Positions 48,447 to 59,319 of a stretch of 64,000 bases of DNA are shown in pieces (the stretch's first letter is position 1; every line of letters starts with the position of its first letter). The DNA is from Candidatus Bathyarchaeota archaeon. GTDB lineage: Archaea > Thermoproteota > Bathyarchaeia > Bathyarchaeales > Bathycorpusculaceae. Where the stretch lies: the NCBI GenBank assembly GCA_963833575.1, contig CAWHXY010000008.1, positions 128,001-192,000 of the forward strand, in the 5' to 3' direction. Below the pieces are notes generated by a model. The model did no database searches. It was not told the origin of the DNA and saw only the letters and a program-made list of their open reading frames with translations. The position numbers were made by a program, and so were the translations under genes.

Positions 48447-49342
48447 AAAATTAAACTTCTAACCTTTCCAGTTACATAATCGTAGGCTTTTTCAGCCACT
48501 ATTTTTAAATTGAATTTTCGGCTGAAAAAAGTAATTAGGTTTTTTAGATCTCGCTCAAGAAGTTCCTGGGCATTAGCATGATCAGCCATAACATATTGTG
48601 GCCAATCAATAATGAGGATATGCCCATCCGGTCTTAGAATGATGTTATATTCGCTAAGGTCTGCATGTATAACGTGCGCTTTCAGATAAGCCCTTCGTAC
48701 GTTGCGTAATATTTCTTTGAATACTTTCTCGGGCTTTCCAATTTCCGAATATTTTGATAGTTCAGCTCCTTCAATCATTCCCATGGCGATTACATGCCTG
48801 TTATGGCTGATGGGTTCAGGAACTGAAACACCCTTTTTGTAAACAAGCTGCATCGCCTGAAATTCTTTTTCAGCAGCTATATGCGATAGAAAAAGCCAAG
48901 ATGAGTGTTCCCGTGCATAACCCCTTTTTCTTCTTGTTTGCCTAAAACTAATTCTGCCAAGCCTGTGAAATTTTACTGCTATCCGTTTCCCCTCCGAGTT
49001 TAATGCATCGTAGACATCGGCTTCTTTGCCTACACCTAAGATTTGCCCGAAAGAACTGATAACTCCTGCTTTAACTAGAGTATTTATTGCTAGGCAATCG
49101 TAGCCTACATAATTTAGAGTATGTCCAACGTAGGCTCCTTTTGTTTGATAGATTAAGCCTAGCTTGTGTATTTTGCTCAGAGTGAATTGGATGCGGTCCA
49201 TGGGCAGCTTAGCGTATTTTTGTATTTGTTCGGTTGGTACAAATTCACGTTTGCTCATCGCAGATTCAATAATGTTGAGAATTCTGAAATCTTCGCTTTC
49301 CAATTCCCTAAATACTTTGACTGCTACTTCAGCACTTGACAC
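48443..49342 (-). CDS. rio2: RIO2-type Ser/Thr kinase
   Basis: N-terminal wHTH, GVGKEADVY, KFHRLGRISF, HADLSEYN, IDWPQ. Confidence 0.93.
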   Translation of the reverse strand: MSSAEVAVKVFRELESEDFRILNIIESAMSKREFVPTEQIQKYAKLPMDRIQFTLSKIHKLGLIYQTKGAYVGHTLNYVGYDCLAINTLVKAGVISSFGQILGVGKEADVYDALNSEGKRIAVKFHRLGRISFRQTRRKRGYAREHSSWLFLSHIAAEKEFQAMQLVYKKGVSVPEPISHNRHVIAMGMIEGAELSKYSEIGKPEKVFKEILRNVRRAYLKAHVIHADLSEYNIILRPDGHILIIDWPQYVMADHANAQELLERDLKNLITFFSRKFNLKIVAEKAYDYVTGKVRSLIF

Positions 49343-49487
49343 AGCAATAACATAGTTGCTTTTATCTATAAAGCCTATAGGCTGATAATATGGGGTGATT
49401 TTGGGCTCGACTTATATTGGAGTACTGTGTGATTATGAAGTTGTACAAAACTCGTAATAGTTAATTGAACATGTACGGTTCTGAAAC

Positions 49488-50210
49488 ATGTCGGTAGATC
49501 AAGAAAACATTTCAAAGATACTTTCAATCCTTTCGCATCCTTTGCGAAGAGAAATACTAATTAATCTTAGCGAAAAAGGCGAATCATCTTTTACTGATTT
49601 GCTAAATTTGCTAAAGGTTGACACAGGTAAACTTAGCTTCCACCTTCGCTCGCTGGAAGTATTCATAGAACAAACACCTAGTGGCAAGTATAAGCTAAGC
49701 AGGGCGGGAGAAAGTGCAGTAAGGGTAGTACATGATATTGAAGGTTGGGCAGAAGTTGCTGATGTTCAAAGAAAGGAGAGTCATCTTCCGCTTGCTTCTT
49801 TTAAGAAGAGGTCTGCTGCTTTCTTAATTGATTTTGCTTTGATTTTGGCTATAACAGTGTCAATCTTTTTCCTGCCTCAAGTCCTCTCTTTATCTCTAGA
49901 TAAAATTCTGAATGGGGGAATCAGTGTGATACTTTTCACTACAATAGGGTTGCTTTGGCTTTATTCTACTCTGCTGGAAGGATTTAATGGCCAGAGCTTA
50001 GGCAAACGCATTAACGGTTTGAAAGTTGTTAGAATTGATGGAAAAAAAATGTCTTATGACCACGCCGCGGTGAGAAACTTTGGAAAAGTCTTACCTTTGC
50101 TGCCGTTTGACTTAATTTATGGTTGGCGAATAAAAAACTCTGCATTCATGAGATACTTTGACAAGTTCGCTGGCACTACAGTCATTGATCTGCGTTTTCA
50201 TGTTTCCTAG
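49488..50210 (+). CDS. ArsR-type HTH fused to an RDD membrane domain
   Basis: LSHPLRREIL..SFTDL..GKLSFHL, then KR..AFLID, GQSLGK...LKVV, DKFAGT.V. Confidence 0.85.
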   Translation: MSVDQENISKILSILSHPLRREILINLSEKGESSFTDLLNLLKVDTGKLSFHLRSLEVFIEQTPSGKYKLSRAGESAVRVVHDIEGWAEVADVQRKESHLPLASFKKRSAAFLIDFALILAITVSIFFLPQVLSLSLDKILNGGISVILFTTIGLLWLYSTLLEGFNGQSLGKRINGLKVVRIDGKKMSYDHAAVRNFGKVLPLLPFDLIYGWRIKNSAFMRYFDKFAGTTVIDLRFHVS

Positions 50211-50272
50211 ATTTTCAAAGTGTAAAATCTTATTTGCCCCATAGGCATTATTCTTTTATGGTAGCACTTCAT

Positions 50273-50737
50273 ATGAGCGAAACAGATCTTAGGGTCTCAA
50301 AAATCAAAGATGGCACGGTCATTGACCATATTAGAGGCGGATACGCATTGGATGTCATTAAGATTTTAGGAATAACAGGTAAAGAAGAACGGGTCATGAC
50401 TATAGCCGTTAATGTTCCAAGCAAACGCGCCTTAGTAAAAGACATAGTGAAGATTGAGGATCGAGCTCTTAACCCTCAGGAGGTTAACAGAATTGCTTTG
50501 GTCGCACCTCACGCATCAATTAACATCGTTCATAATTACAAGGTAGTCAAAAAGGTTGAGGTAAAGCTTCCAAATGCAATTGAGGGCATTATTAAATGTG
50601 TAAATCCTTGTTGCATAAGCAACAGCGACGAACCCATTCTCTCAAAGTTTTATGTTAAAAACGAAGAACCTCTTTTGCTCAAATGTCATTATTGCGGCTT
50701 CACTTTGGAACAACTTGATGTTCTCCGCCAACTCTGA
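50273..50737 (+). CDS. pyrI: Aspartate carbamoyltransferase regulatory chain
   Basis: KIKDGTVIDHI, KDIVKIE, C.NP.CISN, CHYC. Confidence 0.95.
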   Translation: MSETDLRVSKIKDGTVIDHIRGGYALDVIKILGITGKEERVMTIAVNVPSKRALVKDIVKIEDRALNPQEVNRIALVAPHASINIVHNYKVVKKVEVKLPNAIEGIIKCVNPCCISNSDEPILSKFYVKNEEPLLLKCHYCGFTLEQLDVLRQL

Positions 50738-51158
50738 GCAATCTTTCCTGAGCCAACTCAAACAATCTTTTAAAATCTATTTCATCGAAGCTTTTTCCTG
50801 TACCTATTGTTGGGCATTCAGTTGTAAAACTGAAAACGTGCAAAACTTTGTCGTCGTCAAATTTTAGTTCAAAAGGATAAAACATACAAATTAACGGTCT
50901 TAGCTGGTAGATTATACATAGATTTTCTTTTAGGAAAACACATTTGCCTTCGATTGTTTTTTTCATTTCATAACAATACGGAAGTTTATCGTTTATTTTC
51001 ATAGAGAAATCAGTTACTATGCTCGAAGTTTGTGAAGCTATTCGTTTTGCTTCCGAATCTAAGAGAAGAATATGTCTTGACTTTTGATTCGTGTCTCCGC
51101 AACATAAGCCGCATCGGTTGCATTCGAATCGCATGTTAACTGGGTATATGAATTCCAC
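50700..51158 (-). CDS. YkgJ-family cysteine cluster protein
   Basis: CNRCGLCC, CVFL...C.IY..RPLIC..YPF, CP.IG. Confidence 0.88.
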   Translation of the reverse strand: MEFIYPVNMRFECNRCGLCCGDTNQKSRHILLLDSEAKRIASQTSSIVTDFSMKINDKLPYCYEMKKTIEGKCVFLKENLCIIYQLRPLICMFYPFELKFDDDKVLHVFSFTTECPTIGTGKSFDEIDFKRLFELAQERLLRVGGEHQVVPK

Positions 51159-51209
51159 TTTTACTCAACGACTAATGTTGAAGCAAGAGGCATAGAAAAA
51201 ACTTCGCTA

Positions 51210-51539
51210 TCACTTTTTGATTTCTTCAGGCTGTTTAACGCGGTGTCCCTCCCCATACTGAAATGGGCGATTAAGGTTTTTCTCAAGTTTCTTTTTGAAC
51301 ACTTCGTCCATGTTCATGTTTGGGCAGGCTAAACGGCTTGCATCCAAAATGTAAAATATCACATCAATAAGCTCTTCTGCTATTTTCTCTTGCGGTAAAC
51401 CTTTTTTCCAAGCATCACTGGCTTCGCCAAGTTCTATGAAGGCAAAAAGCAATTTCTTAGGAATGTCTTCAGGTTTGTTGTAGAAACCTTTGGCTAGTAC
51501 AAGAACTTCAATTTCCTTTTTCATCTCTTCCAATTGCAA
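51210..51539 (-). CDS. MazG-like nucleotide pyrophosphohydrolase
   Basis: ELGE...EELIDV.FY acidic metal motif. Confidence 0.8.
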   Translation of the reverse strand: MQLEEMKKEIEVLVLAKGFYNKPEDIPKKLLFAFIELGEASDAWKKGLPQEKIAEELIDVIFYILDASRLACPNMNMDEVFKKKLEKNLNRPFQYGEGHRVKQPEEIKK

Positions 51540-51893
51540 TATTATTTACCTCTCAGGCTTCAAAATATGGCTCCATAGATATTTAGCTCTTAGTTTTTCA
51601 TAACTCACTGACACGTCATACTTAGAACCCGCAAGCTATGTGATTACATTATCACAACCACAAATTTTTATTTCTCAATTAATCTCCTAACATACTGTCA
51701 ACAAACATTATGAGTCGTTTGGTAGGCAAACCTGCTGCCATGATATGGCTCCGTTCCTAATTTGCACTATGGGGCTTAGGCTCCCAAATGTGTATTTCTG
51801 GGCATCCTCTTAGGTAGCTTGAATGCCTGCCAGACGGCACCTCGCATTAACCCAAATTTTGAATAGCTTTTTCATATTAATTAATTGGGAAAG

Positions 51894-53135
51894 CTAGTTT
51901 TTTGGTTTGAGCAGAACTGTTGAAAAACAATCTTCGTCAAGGTAGGTATTTGCAGCCTCAATTATGTTTTCACTTGAGACGGCTTTGAGTTTAGCTATGT
52001 AATTCACCAGTGATTTTTCGCTCTTAAATTGTATTTCCATATAAGCAAGAATGTCCGAGGATTGTTGAGGATTGTCCATTCCTCTAAGAATATCGGCTAT
52101 GATCAGGTTTTTGCTTCTTTCGATTTCCTCGACGGGTACCTTTTCTAATCTCAACTTGGATAATTCCTTAGTGATTAAATCCTTGGCTTTGACCAAATTT
52201 TTGTTTTTTACAGCGCAGTTAACGTTGAAATAACCCCAATCTAAACCCATATTATGGTCCGAATTAACATCGTAGGTTAACGCATTCTTCTCCCTTAGTT
52301 CTATAAATAACCGTGAACCAGCGCCTCCACTTAATATTGCGCTGATCAAATCTAGCGTGGGTCCATCTTTATGACTTGTGCAAACTGTTCGTGCACCTTT
52401 ACTTAGGTAGGTTTGAGATATTCCAGCTTTCTTCTCTACAACTAGAGGTTTAGGCTTTCCAGATTCTACAGGATTCATATTTCCTGAAGGCGTTTTATCA
52501 ACTGTTTTGCACTCAAACATCTTCAGAACTTCTTTGGCGGCTTTTTCAGAGAAATTTCCGGTTAATATCAATATCATATTTTGAGGAACGTAGTTCATTT
52601 CGTGCGCATTGCTCAAATGGTTCAAGGTTAGTCGCTTTATGGTTTTCGGGAAACCCCCAACCGGGTGCTTTATTGGATGCACTTTAAACAAACTCTTAAG
52701 CAGCAATTCTTCAACTTTTTCTGTTGGGTCATCTGAGGCTTCGCAAAGTTCATTGAGAATTATTTTGCGCTCTCGATTAAATTTTTCTTCTTCAAAACAT
52801 TTGTCAAAAAGTAGATCTGAAATGATATGAGACCCTTCAGCCACTGCCTCAGGTAGTGTATTAATTGTTGTCATCATGTACTCGCGTTCTGTGTAAAAAT
52901 CTAAGATTCCACCAGAGTTCTCAATATTCCTAGAGAGGTGAATACGTCTGGCTGAACCTCCAGCAACCATGTGCTCAAGAAAATGGGCGGATCCAGCAAT
53001 TTCCTCTGGCTCGTGATTTGATCCATATTTAACAGCGACAGATAACTGTGTAGTATTTGCAGATTCCCGTGGAAAAAGTAGCACTCTTAAACCATTTGAA
53101 AGTATGTTTCTGCGCCAAAACATGGCAGTAGTCAT
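51894..53135 (-). CDS. M16 family zinc peptidase
   Basis: LSNGLRV, G.AHFLEH, SRLF.ELREK.AL.Y. Confidence 0.92.
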   Translation of the reverse strand: MTTAMFWRRNILSNGLRVLLFPRESANTTQLSVAVKYGSNHEPEEIAGSAHFLEHMVAGGSARRIHLSRNIENSGGILDFYTEREYMMTTINTLPEAVAEGSHIISDLLFDKCFEEEKFNRERKIILNELCEASDDPTEKVEELLLKSLFKVHPIKHPVGGFPKTIKRLTLNHLSNAHEMNYVPQNMILILTGNFSEKAAKEVLKMFECKTVDKTPSGNMNPVESGKPKPLVVEKKAGISQTYLSKGARTVCTSHKDGPTLDLISAILSGGAGSRLFIELREKNALTYDVNSDHNMGLDWGYFNVNCAVKNKNLVKAKDLITKELSKLRLEKVPVEEIERSKNLIIADILRGMDNPQQSSDILAYMEIQFKSEKSLVNYIAKLKAVSSENIIEAANTYLDEDCFSTVLLKPKN

Positions 53136-53340
53136 ATCTCAAATCAAACAGGCGCTTCTAAAAAACGTTGACGCCAAAAACCGTAGGACGATTGTTTCGC
53201 AGCTACTCTTCTAATTAAAAGTTCTTAAGAAGATGTTTTAACAAATATAAGATTTGAGAGTTATGTTTTTTGATGAAAAGAGCAAAAACCTAGATCTATT
53301 AAATCAAGAAACAAGAAAATGTAAAAAAGATCATTCTCCG

Positions 53341-53688
53341 CTAGTTTTGTTCTCTTTCCAAATGGAAATGATGCAGAAATCTGTGGAAGATTGGAGCAGC
53401 AAAAATCGCTACAGCAACCAAAACAACTAATCCACAGTAAAGAGCGTATATGCCTGCGAATATTTTACTTGCATCCGTTTGCAAAACGCCTACTGGACCC
53501 ATTCCACCCATTAACATGGCAGCGTTTAAGAAAGAATCAACCCATGAGTAGCCTGCAAAGACATAGTAACCAATCATTCCGATCAATAGCGAAACGATGA
53601 TGAGGCTGAGAGAAATCAATGCATACTTGGCTAAACGCCTGAGAAATGCTCTTCTTGGCAAAAGCTTTTCGTGGTGATGTTCAAACAT
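53341..53688 (-). CDS. Small two-TM ion-channel-pore-like protein
   Basis: TM, W.DSFLNAAML.GGMGP re-entrant segment, TM; His-rich ends. Confidence 0.7.
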   Translation of the reverse strand: MFEHHHEKLLPRRAFLRRLAKYALISLSLIIVSLLIGMIGYYVFAGYSWVDSFLNAAMLMGGMGPVGVLQTDASKIFAGIYALYCGLVVLVAVAIFAAPIFHRFLHHFHLEREQN

Positions 53689-53797
53689 TTTAACTTGACC
53701 CTTACTTGGTCAGCTATTTACAGTAACATTTAAAAACAGTTTCGGTTAAGCAAACTTTTAATCCGATACCAACAATGAAGCTTAAAGCTGATTCATA

Positions 53798-54064
53798 ATG
53801 ACTAGAGTAAAGTGCAAGAAATGCTCCGCAGTATTTGAACAAGGTTTGAGCGGAGCAGCTTTAATGCCACATGTAGGTCCGCTACACTATGTTAAATGTC
53901 CTTCCTGTGAAAAAAGAAGTTGGCTAAACGTCTATTCATCGGTTAAAGATCCAGTAACTTGGCCTCCTGAAGAAAAACAGCCAGTGCAGACTGCCCAGCC
54001 CTCGCTGTCTGAGGACGAACTGGAGAAGAAGCGTATAGAAGAATCCAAATACGAAAGATCCTAA
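53798..54064 (+). CDS. Small zinc-ribbon protein
   Basis: CKKC ... KCPSC...SW. Confidence 0.75.
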   Translation: MTRVKCKKCSAVFEQGLSGAALMPHVGPLHYVKCPSCEKRSWLNVYSSVKDPVTWPPEEKQPVQTAQPSLSEDELEKKRIEESKYERS

Positions 54065-54091
54065 ATCCGATTAAACGCCGGAGATGATTGC

Positions 54092-55021
54092 ATGATTGAT
54101 ACTGAAAACCTAACCCGAAAATTCGGCAACCTAACAGCTGTAGATAATGTCACACTACACGTTGAAGAAGGCGAGGTTTTCGGTTTTCTAGGACCCAACG
54201 GAGCCGGCAAAACTACCACTGTCCGCATGCTTTGTTGCCTAATTGGAAAAACCAGCGGACAAGCAAGAATCGGCGAATACTCAGTGGACAATGAATCTGA
54301 TTGCCTCAAAATCAGAAAAATTGTAGGTTTTTTACCTGAAAACGTGGGATTATATGATAGTTTAAGCGCTTACAGAAACCTGGACTTTTACGGAAAACTC
54401 TATGAGGTGCCAGACCAAAAGCGCCAAGAAAACATTGGACGACTTCTTAAACTGCTGGGAATTTGGGAGCGCCGAGAAGATGCAGTCGGCACATTCAGCA
54501 AGGGAACCAAACAGAAAATTGCTATTGCAAGAGCCCTAATTCATGAACCACAAGTACTGTTTTTAGACGAGCCAACAGCGAACCTTGACCCAGAAGCCGC
54601 AAAAACCGTAAGAGACTTCATTTTAGACCTTAAAAAAGAAAGAACAACCATCTTTCTTAACACCCATAATTTAGATGAGGCAGAACGCCTTTGTGACCGC
54701 ATCGCAATTTTAAAGGGCAAACTTATCGCGGTTGATTCTCCCAAGAACTTGGAGCACAGCCTCTATAACAGGAAGACTATTGTCCATTTAGAAAGCGTTA
54801 CAGATGACGTTGTTGCTGCTGTCAAGCAGTTGGCTGCAGTTAAAAACTTTAGAGTGAGCGATAACAAGTTGATTCTTGACATTGATAATCCTGAACAGGA
54901 AAACCCTGATGTTGTCAAATCAATCGTGCAAGCAGGCGGGAACATCCAATACGTTACGGAGTTGCGTTCCACGCTTGAGGATGTTTATTTAAAATTGATT
55001 CGGGAGGCATCACAAAAATGA
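54092..55021 (+). CDS. ABC transporter ATP-binding protein
   Basis: GPNGAGKTT, FSKG.KQK, LDEPT. Confidence 0.95.
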   Translation: MIDTENLTRKFGNLTAVDNVTLHVEEGEVFGFLGPNGAGKTTTVRMLCCLIGKTSGQARIGEYSVDNESDCLKIRKIVGFLPENVGLYDSLSAYRNLDFYGKLYEVPDQKRQENIGRLLKLLGIWERREDAVGTFSKGTKQKIAIARALIHEPQVLFLDEPTANLDPEAAKTVRDFILDLKKERTTIFLNTHNLDEAERLCDRIAILKGKLIAVDSPKNLEHSLYNRKTIVHLESVTDDVVAAVKQLAAVKNFRVSDNKLILDIDNPEQENPDVVKSIVQAGGNIQYVTELRSTLEDVYLKLIREASQK

Positions 55022-55773
55022 GATTATGGAAGTCATGGATTGTAACGCAAAAAGACCTTAGCGTTTTCAAGAAAAACAAGTATGTGCTTTATTCCCTAGT
55101 TGCCATGCCCGTGATAATGGGTGTCGTGCTACCCGTGATTTTTATTTTTGCCTTGAACGCACAAATTTCGTCCCCCCTCGTAACGGCTACTATGGCCTTG
55201 GCTGCGGCTAACCAAATTGTGAACATTGCCACAATGTACCTAGTACTTATCGCCTCAATTCTCCCCTCCATTATCGCTTCTTACAGTTTTGTCGGAGAAA
55301 AAATCGAGAAAAGTCTTGAGCCCTTATTAGCAACTCCCACAACTGACGGCGAATTATTACTTGGCAAAAGTCTAGCCGCTTTCATTCCATGTATAGCCGT
55401 AACTTATCTTGGCGCAGCAATCTCTGCCCCAATCATAGATTACTGGTCCTACACAAGACTAGGTCTTATCTTAATCCCCAACCTCTACTGGATTTTGGTA
55501 ATAGGTGTAATAGCACCCCTTTCATGCATAATGAGCGTTGAAGCCAACATAATTGTGTCTTCAAAAGTGAACGACATCCGAGCGGCTCAACAGTTAGGCG
55601 GGTTGGTTGTGCTACCGTTAGTTTTCATTGTGATTTTTGCTTCAACCAGCGCTCAACTCTCCATATGGCTTGCTATTGCGGTCTCAGTTGCCCTAGCTGT
55701 TGCAGACGTCGCGCTGTTTTATTTGAGTAAAAAAACCTTCCAAAGAGAAGAAATACTGACAAAGTGGAAATAA
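55018..55773 (+). CDS. ABC-2 type permease
   Basis: SFVGEK.EKSLEPLLATP...LLLGK; six TMs. Confidence 0.9.
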   Translation: MRLWKSWIVTQKDLSVFKKNKYVLYSLVAMPVIMGVVLPVIFIFALNAQISSPLVTATMALAAANQIVNIATMYLVLIASILPSIIASYSFVGEKIEKSLEPLLATPTTDGELLLGKSLAAFIPCIAVTYLGAAISAPIIDYWSYTRLGLILIPNLYWILVIGVIAPLSCIMSVEANIIVSSKVNDIRAAQQLGGLVVLPLVFIVIFASTSAQLSIWLAIAVSVALAVADVALFYLSKKTFQREEILTKWK

Positions 55774-55842
55774 CTCTATACCCATCCAAGATAACTTAAG
55801 AGATTTCACTCGTTTTCCATATTTTATCATTTTGTCTTTCGA

Positions 55843-56556
55843 TTACGATCCTTTCTTTACTTCTCTGTCCTCTTCCGGGTAATGGCTACTATCACAAAAC
55901 GGTTTATTTGTCGACTTTCCACAACGGCAAAGGGTCACGCGATTTCGTACCTCGTAAAGATTTCCGTCCGCTGAATAGATTGGTATTCCTCCGCGAATCC
56001 AAAATGGTCCACCGGTTCCTATGGCCGGGTCCTCAATTGCACAGATAGATTTCTTTAAAACAGGTTCAATCGTTACGTCGGTTTTTTTATCTGTAACCAC
56101 AAGCCTGCCTGAGGGGCAATCGCAACTATTCTCAATTACGTTTTTCTTAGCTTCAGGTTCGTTTGATCTCTGCACTACATCCCAAACGTCTCCACCCCGA
56201 TGACAAAAACGTGCAGACGCACAAAGAATCTCAGCATCCTTCAAGAGCAATTCTGGACTATCAATCTCTTTCGCCATTTTATCAAAAGGTTCATTATCAC
56301 TCATTTCTGTCCCGTCAAAACTAATTTTTGCATGTGTGCCATCACAAAATGGTTTATTATTGGATTCGCCACACCTGCACAAGGCATAGTTTTCAGAGGT
56401 TTTCAGCTCTTCTCCGACAACCCATCTGGCTGGTATTCCCTGATTGTTACATTCTATTGTGGCAACCATCAAAGGAATTCCGCCTAAACATATGTATGGA
56501 CCGTTTTTTGTTACTTTTATTTTGCAGTCTTCTTTAGCGCCTAAACTTCCTGACAA
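55843..56556 (-). CDS. CDGSH iron-sulfur domain protein with central ferredoxin-like domain
   Basis: LCRCG.S.NKPFCDGTH, C..ARFC..CPSG.L, LCRCGKS.NKPFCDSSH. Confidence 0.9.
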   Translation of the reverse strand: MSGSLGAKEDCKIKVTKNGPYICLGGIPLMVATIECNNQGIPARWVVGEELKTSENYALCRCGESNNKPFCDGTHAKISFDGTEMSDNEPFDKMAKEIDSPELLLKDAEILCASARFCHRGGDVWDVVQRSNEPEAKKNVIENSCDCPSGRLVVTDKKTDVTIEPVLKKSICAIEDPAIGTGGPFWIRGGIPIYSADGNLYEVRNRVTLCRCGKSTNKPFCDSSHYPEEDREVKKGS

Positions 56557-56845
56557 AATCTTTACCCACTTTTACTGAATTGAGAAGATAGTAATAAGCT
56601 TGCTTTTGCTTTACACACGCATATATAGAATATGTTTCGACAATTTACTTGATGCAGTCCTCAAATTTACATTTGCTCAACATATTGCTCGAAAAGGAAT
56701 GGGTCTTAAAGCAATCTTCGATTGTCCACACAAACAGCTCATACTCCGACTGTTGTTTACATTAACAGGCGTTTGAATGCAGCTATGTTTATATATAGCT
56801 TGTTTGCCTAAACAAACGTTAAATAAATCAGGATGTGAGACTTGT

Positions 56846-57319
56846 TTGGGCGTAAAATCTAAGGAAAGCCCAATAAAGAAAGTAGACGACATTGATCTCA
56901 AAATTATTCGAACACTGGAAGAAGATTCGCGAGTAAGTTTGCGTAAACTAGCTCAAAAGCTTGGTTTGACCCCCAATATTTTGAATAATCGAATCAAAAG
57001 TTTGGAACAAGGAGGCGTTATTAGAGGTTACACACCAATCGTAGATGCCACGAAAATGGGCTATATGCTAACCGCTATTATAATGATTCAAGTTGAAGGA
57101 GATCACATGGTTGAAGTCGAAAATGAAATAGCCAAAGAAAACAACGTTCTCTCAGTCTACGACATAACTGGAGAATATGACGCGATCGTCTTCGCAAAAT
57201 TCCGAGATAACGCTAGTCTAAATGCTTTTTTAAAGAAATTACTTACTGAACGCTACATCAAAAGAACTACTACTTTGGTTGCCCTTAACGCCATAAAGGA
57301 ATTTAGCAAAATAATTTAA
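56846..57319 (+). CDS. Lrp/AsnC family transcriptional regulator
   Basis: DDIDLKII..L..DSR.S...LA..LG, RI..LE..GVI.GY, ITGEYD; probable TTG start. Confidence 0.92.
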   Translation: MGVKSKESPIKKVDDIDLKIIRTLEEDSRVSLRKLAQKLGLTPNILNNRIKSLEQGGVIRGYTPIVDATKMGYMLTAIIMIQVEGDHMVEVENEIAKENNVLSVYDITGEYDAIVFAKFRDNASLNAFLKKLLTERYIKRTTTLVALNAIKEFSKII

Positions 57320-57439
57320 TCCAAGATTTTTCGCATCCAACATCTATAGTATTACCTGTCGAAGTTGCTAAAATAAAAAAACAGAACTGCAAATTTTAAT
57401 AGCCTTCAACAAGTACTCTATCTTGAAATCAAGGGAAGG

Positions 57440-58120
57440 GTGTTTGGGTTGAAAAGGTTCAAAGGTATCTTGGTAGTAGGAGAAAGAAACATTTTCTCCG
57501 ACCTCACACAAATCTTTGGCATCGCCATGGAAGCTAACACAATTTTATCAAACATGTTTAAAATGGGCTATGAAGAAAAAGGATTAACCGAATCCATGCA
57601 TGCAATGCAGTTGCTTGAAAAAAAATCTGATGAAATAGCCTTCAAAATAAGTGAAGATATCACAAGTGGCGCTATTAGCCCCAACATAATAGACAACCTT
57701 CTCGAAAGTGTGCAAACGGCTGACGACATAGTTGACACATACTATTACCTTAGCAGAGAACTAAACCGAATGGCAAGAGCATATTCAGCGGGCTTCCAAG
57801 AACACCATACTGATTGGGACTCTGTTTATGCAAATATTCTTGCCCTCGCAGAAAAATCCCTCCTAAAACTCAAACAGGCACTTTCCACATCCGATATGTC
57901 AGAAATTTTGCGGACGAGAAAAGAAATTGAAGACATTGAAGAACAAGGTGACGACATAAAGGATCAGGGATTTGATAGGCTTTACAGTTTCGCGCCGAAG
58001 TTGAACTTTCTAGAATTTTACCACTACCAGGAGCTTTTGCATAAATGTGACGATATTCTTGATTCATGCGAAGACTTCTCCGACCTTATTGTATCAGTCG
58101 TTACTTCAATCCTCAAGTGA
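57440..58120 (+). CDS. DUF47/PhoU-like phosphate transport regulator
   Basis: Duplicated E...D motifs (LEKKSD, IEEQGD; DDI.D); directly upstream of the PiT gene. Confidence 0.85.
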   Translation: MFGLKRFKGILVVGERNIFSDLTQIFGIAMEANTILSNMFKMGYEEKGLTESMHAMQLLEKKSDEIAFKISEDITSGAISPNIIDNLLESVQTADDIVDTYYYLSRELNRMARAYSAGFQEHHTDWDSVYANILALAEKSLLKLKQALSTSDMSEILRTRKEIEDIEEQGDDIKDQGFDRLYSFAPKLNFLEFYHYQELLHKCDDILDSCEDFSDLIVSVVTSILK

Positions 58121-58127
58121 CATCAGA

Positions 58128-59042
58128 ATGCTGTGGCTCTCAATTGCAGTTTTTATATTAACCTTTATTGCTGTCATGTTAGTTTCAGGAAACAACCTGT
58201 CAGCCTGTGTCGGTCCCGCCATAGGCTCAAGAATCATAAGTAAACGATTCGGCATACTTCTTGGCGCATTAGGTTTTTCGTTTGGACTCATTGTCCAAGG
58301 TGCAGGAATGACTAAAACTGTAAATACACTACTGCCAAATGGGCTTCTACAGTTTCGAGCAGAAGCTTTGCTGGTGGCAATAATAATTTTTGTTATTGCC
58401 GACTTAATTAGAGCGCCGATTTCTCTTAGTATGTCACTAGTCGGGTTATTTGCCGGTCTATCCATTGCAACTGGTGTTTTCACAAACGGCATTTATGTGA
58501 CTGAAGTGGTTGCCATGTGGGTTGCGGCGCCCTTAATCGCTATAGTTTTTGCATTTTATCTTATCAGGACAATTAATAGGACTACGCCAAAAAATGTTTG
58601 GCAAAGGTTACAGACTTACAAGATTTTGCTTATTATTTTAGCGTTTTCTACGTCATATGTTCTAGGGGCAAATACTCTTGGGTTAATTGTTGCTACAGGA
58701 GGTTTTGATTTAACAACTGTTCTACTGGCAATTATTGCAATATTTATCGGGGCATTTTATTTGAGTGCTGGAGAAATTCGCAGAGTTTCGCAAGAGCTCT
58801 TTCTAATGAGGTACCCAAACGCTATGACTACGCTTTTGACTTCAACGGTTCTTGTTGAGGCAGCTACAATTTTTAATATTCCACTTTCAAACACTCAAGC
58901 TCTGTCTGCAGCGGTTTTAGGAACAGGAATCTCTTACAGATCCAAGTTTGTTTCACTTAAACCATTCATAGTGATAGTTTTGAGCTGGATAGTTGCGCCT
59001 TTGCTAAGTTTTGCAATTGGGTTGTTTATAGGTTCCATTTAG
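58128..59042 (+). CDS. Inorganic phosphate transporter (PiT family)
   Basis: GNN.S..VG and GAN..G signatures, P.S.S / PLSNTQ; probable ATG at 58128. Confidence 0.85.
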   Translation: MLWLSIAVFILTFIAVMLVSGNNLSACVGPAIGSRIISKRFGILLGALGFSFGLIVQGAGMTKTVNTLLPNGLLQFRAEALLVAIIIFVIADLIRAPISLSMSLVGLFAGLSIATGVFTNGIYVTEVVAMWVAAPLIAIVFAFYLIRTINRTTPKNVWQRLQTYKILLIILAFSTSYVLGANTLGLIVATGGFDLTTVLLAIIAIFIGAFYLSAGEIRRVSQELFLMRYPNAMTTLLTSTVLVEAATIFNIPLSNTQALSAAVLGTGISYRSKFVSLKPFIVIVLSWIVAPLLSFAIGLFIGSI

Positions 59043-59319
59043 TCACTAAATTGTTTTGATTGTGTTTTGCTAAATCGCCCATTTTAAATGTTCAACATAT
59101 CAGGGTTTTACTGTAAAATAGTCCAATTTATCATAAAAGTTATGAACATTTATTAACTATCTTTATATTTGTCTGGACATATCAATTGGTAAAATTAAGT
59201 TGGTGTTACTATTGAAAAAAGATTCCAAAATCAGAAGAAACATTGAAGAACTGATCATTTTGGACGCTCGAGGACAGCCACACAGCATCTTCCAAAAAAG
59301 AATTCCGGGGGCAAATTAA

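Noticed and set aside
50273-50737. pyrI without adjacent pyrB
   Set aside because: Split pyrB/pyrI is common in archaea.
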